Shown here piece after piece: positions 59,669-64,000 of a stretch of 64,000 bases of DNA. The position numbers were made by a program, and so were the translations under genes. The notes below the pieces were generated by a model. The model worked only from the letters and a program-made list of their open reading frames with translations. It ran no database searches and was not told where the DNA came from. Position 1 is the first letter of the stretch. Each line of letters starts with the position of its first letter. Source of the stretch: the human T2T-CHM13v2.0 reference genome, Homo sapiens; assembly GCF_009914755.1 (NCBI RefSeq), contig NC_060926.1; one strand, 5' to 3'.

Positions 59669-60418
59669 TACAGACTAGAGCTCTCTCTCTCACACACAAG
59701 GACACTGTGAGAAAGCAGCTGTCTACCAGCCAGGAAGGCAGCCCTCACCAGAAACTGAACCTTATCAGACCTTGATCTTGGACTTCCAGCCTACAGAACT
59801 GTGAGAAAATACGTTGCTGTTGCTTAAGCCGCCTAGTCTATGGTATTTTGTTATGGCAGCCTAAGCAGGCTAATATATCATCTTTCCTTTTGTGGGTCAT
59901 GATTTTGGTGTCAAATCTAAGGACTCTTTGCCTAGTCTGCATTTTAATTCAAGTGTGTTTTCAAGTCATAAGGAAATCAACCTGTAATTATGGAATTTCA
60001 GGCTAGTAGCAAGGACATTCGGCATCAGAAAAGGACCTCTTTGAACCGTTCGTTATCCTACACCCGGCTCAGTCTCCTGAGCTGGCTCCTTGTGAGTAAC
60101 CTCAAGAAGTAAGATCTGTGTAGAGATCACGAGGAGAGGCGTGTGATGCTCGCCTGTCGGTACAAAAGCTCAAAAGAAGAGTAAGCGGGTCCAATAAATT
60201 GCAACTGTTCCTACGGGAAATTATTGTCTTCCAAGTTTAAGATTCCTTTCCACATCCATTATCCCAACTGAGCTCTAATCCTCTGAGGTGAAGCAACTTT
60301 GATAGCCCTTTTCACAGAGGAGTGGACTGGGGCTTCCACAGGATCACATGGAAACCGGAAGTGATTTTCAGCTAAGAACTATCCTCAGGGATTGGCTGCT
60401 GCTTTTTAGGAGTAATAA

Positions 60419-61016
<598 letters not shown>

Positions 61017-61519
61017 TTAGGTGAGGAAGGACATTGTCTAAGTACAGTTTAAGTCACTTGAGGCCTTCCTGCATGGGAGTGGAACTGGATGAGCTGTGTC
61101 GACCTGAGCTGTTTGGAAAGAGATTGAACTGAACTGAACAAAATTGAATAATCCTGCAATACTGGTACTTCTATCCCTCATCTTACAGATGTAGAAACAG
61201 AAGCTCATGGAGTTAACTAAATTGCCCATCTAGGTCCAAATTAGTTCAGCAGGAAGTTCCTCATCAGAACAAATTAATAAAGTCAGGCTGTTCTCTTCAT
61301 AGCCAGGATGACCCTAAGCTGGTCCTAAAGTTGGTCCCTGATTGATTTCAGGGAAGAATTTCTTATATGGAATTGAATGTGTTAAGGATAATGGCTTAAG
61401 TTCAGCCTATGGCATTTGGGTCAGTGGATTTCCAATGACACTCATGCAAAGAGCTTCTGAGTTTTGGTAGAAAGAAAGAGCATAAAATGTTAGGGAGCGT
61501 TTTTCAGGAATATTTTGGA

Positions 61520-61935
61520 GTACAAATGATCAAAACTAAACTCAAACTGCTTTAAGGAAATATACTGAGAAGTCCCAGAGTGCAGGTAGCTTCAGGCGTG
61601 ATGGAAAGTAGAGATTCAAACAATGCTATCAAAGCTGTCACTCCACCTCTCAGCTCTTTCGTCTACACTGTCTTCACTATCCAGCAGGCTCACGCCACAG
61701 GGTAGCAAAGGCAGCCACTGGTGGCTCTAGGCTTACACTGTCCTCAGGGCTACTGCACCCCATGAAACAGAAAGCGCGTCTATTCCCAAAGCTTAAACAG
61801 AAGCCCCAAGGTGTGATCTGATTGGCCCAGCTTGGGTCTGTGCCCATCCTGACCCGATCATTGCACTGGACAGGGGAAGCAGAGATAACCTAATGATCAG
61901 GCTGAGGACGCCAAACTACATGAATGGTTTCCTCA
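61520..61935 (-). mobile_element. Old MLT1 (K/L-type) LTR
   Basis: aactcaaactgctttaag...gcttcaggcgtga...ctgattggcccagcttgggtctgtgcccatcct. Confidence 0.6.
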
Positions 61936-62989
61936 TAAGGACAGGAACCTGTATATTTCTATTCCTAAATTGTATAAAAAGAGCCTGGGAGGAGATTGCA
62001 GAAAAAACAGAGTAGGGCAGTGGTCACTGTGTGCTTTTTTTTGCCGTATGAGTTACCCAGAGGTAACTTTGGGTGGCGTGTCATGGTGCCTTATTCACAG
62101 TCTCTGCCCAGCTCCTGCCAGGCTGCGGGTTCTTCATCACTTCCTATTGCTGTGTATGATGGTGCCATGATGGGAAGGCAGGCCCTCCATTTACCCTGGC
62201 CTTCAGGAGTTGGCTAGCTCAAGTGGCCAAGGTTGAGAAAAGATGCAAAGGAATTAAACCCTAAGATCCTTCTTTAAAAACAGCAATCAATGAAATCACT
62301 CCAGGTGAAGGTTCTAGAACCTAGATCAGTGGTTTGCCTGGCTTTCGGATTGTAAGGACCCTAACGTTCACTGCTCTTCCCTCCAAACTGGAGAACCAGC
62401 AAAGGGCTGACAATTTTTTTAATGTCATATAAGGGCGTTAAAGGAAAAAAAACCCTGAACCCCATCAGCTACCATTACTCTCATGACCATCTCCTTTCCT
62501 AAAGTTAGCAGGACATCATCTCATCAAGGGCAGCCCTTTAAATGAAATCCATGTACATTTTGAAAAACAAAGCACATTGCTCCTTCTCGGTGCTCATTCC
62601 AGGGGGGACCTGTGAGAGCAGCACCCAGGCCAGCGTGGAAGTCCGTCCCTGTCCATCTTGTCACCATCACCCGGTGACCTCAGTTGTCCTAGAAGCGATG
62701 CCTCAGCCCCAGTGGGGCAGGGCCACCCCGTTTCAGCACCTGCTTCACCCAGAGCTTTCCTCTGGGAATGTTTCCCAGATTTTCCATCTCCTTCAGGCTG
62801 CCTCTGTGAATCCTACAATAGCAGCCCAATTTCCCCCGCCTGCCCTCACCCCGAAGCCGGGAAAGAGGCTAACCTGACATACATAACAATATGCTAAGGA
62901 GCAAGGAGACACAGAAGGGCAGGGCTTGGTGAAGAAGGTTCTGTGGGGGTCTAAGGAGCCTGGCTGGGTGGCTTTGCTGTGGGTGCTCT

Positions 62990-63435
62990 ATTAGTGGCGC
63001 CATGTCAGGGCGCGCCACCTACGGCACCACGCAGGGCGCCCCATCTGTGCTACTCCTGGAGCTCTCCATTCCCCCTCCCATCTTCCATGTGCGGGGTGGC
63101 CCTGTTTCTTTTTCTCTATCCATCCGCACACGATCCAACAGGGGGCCGGCAGTACCCTCAAAGCAGAGTTGAGGGTAGAGGGTCACACAAGGCTGAGCGC
63201 TCCCAGGGAGAAGCTAGGAAGACACCTTCAGGGTGAAAACCCCCAAACAAGGGTGCTGCACAGATTGTCTCCCTCCACGCAACACCTGTCAGCAGTGACA
63301 GTGAGGAGAGGAGCGGGGGCTGCCTGAGATGTGGCCGGGGAGGGGGCGGCCTCTTTGTTTTGTTGACCCCATTCAGAAAGAACGTGCGCCAAGAGGGAGG
63401 CCTCCACGGCCTTGCTTCCCTGCTGCCCAGCCCGG
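62990..63435. promoter_or_regulatory. CpG-enriched GC-rich patch; candidate promoter or CTCF site
   Basis: Clustered CpGs outside repeats; GC box ggagggggcgg near 63339; CTCF-like ccgtaggtggcgc on the minus strand near 63012-63026. Confidence 0.35.
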
Positions 63436-63880
63436 GTGGTTCCTTTAGTGGGTCAACTTGGCCAGGCCACAGCACCCAGACATTTGGTTCACCACCATTG
63501 AGATGTTGCAGTGAAGGTATATTTTAGATGAGATTAACATTAAAATCTGTAGATGTTGAGTAAGGCAGATGATTCTCCATAATGTGGGTGGGCCTCATCT
63601 CATCAGTTGAAGGCCTTGGGAAAAAGACTAACGTTCCCCAAGAAAGAGGAAATTCTGTCTCCAGACTGCCTCCAAGTCGAGCTGCAATGCCAGCTCTTCC
63701 CTGAGTCTCCAGCTGCTGCCCTGCCTGGCAGATGTGGGATTTGCCCCACAATCACATAAGCCAATTCTTTAGATTAAAACCTCTGTGTGTTTCTCTCTCT
63801 CTCTCTCTGTGTCCTAGTTTACACACACACACACACTCACACCCTGCTGGTCCTGTTTTACTGGGAGTCCCTTTCCAGAC
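63434..63880 (+). mobile_element. MLT2 (D-like, ERVL) solo LTR
   Basis: gtcaacttggccaggccac...gagtaaggcagatgattctccataatgtgggtgggcctcat...agccaattctt; internal CT/CA tract. Confidence 0.85.
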
Positions 63881-64000
63881 CACCTAAATCACAATCCCCA
63901 TAGGTAGAGCCAGGTATTTAGCATGCTGGTAAAGCACATCAGGTGGCTCTAATGCGAAACTAGGGTTAGGAAGATTGGGGCTAACACTGTGGTTCTCACC
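63875..64000. mobile_element. MER5-like hAT-Charlie fragment
   Basis: ccagaccacctaaatcacaatc...caggtggctctaatgc...ctaacactgtggttctca. Confidence 0.5.

Larger units (their letters stand above)
58589..59877 (+). mobile_element. MLT1A solo LTR split by the retrocopy (58589-58760 and about 59670-59877)
   Basis: tgctatgaactgaattgtgtcc...gttaaatgaggtcataagg, resuming agagctctctctct...ggacttccagcctacagaactgtgagaaaat...gttatggcagc. Confidence 0.88.

Noticed and set aside
63525-63540. DUX4 site in the MLT2 LTR
   Set aside because: taatctcatct on the minus strand deviates from the TAAYYYAATCA consensus at key positions

Overview
Primate, very probably human, non-coding DNA, with a large share derived from transposable elements. 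It holds about 32 Alu or FLAM copies, two long antisense L1MC-type relics, L1PA/L1PB 3' ends, L2 and MIR fragments, at least 11 solo LTRs (MSTA, MLT1 types, MLT2, LTR8-like, LTR1-like), a near full-length Tigger1, an ORSL and a palindromic MER53. I found no intact protein-coding gene, RNA gene or CRISPR array; the long ORFs in the track are Alu or low-complexity artefacts. The one gene-derived feature is a processed pseudogene of the pre-implantation homeobox gene NANOGNB (about 58761-59668, +), nested in an MLT1A LTR inside an L1. It appears to preserve a 5' end and an Alu splice junction that differ from the reference model as I remember it. Other oddities are a 20-nt polyadenylated micro-insertion with an 18-bp target-site duplication (TSD) inside Tigger1 and several strong orphan splice-site pairs suggesting lncRNA exons. 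Repeat family and subfamily names come from recalled consensus sequences, not a database search, and most boundaries are approximate.
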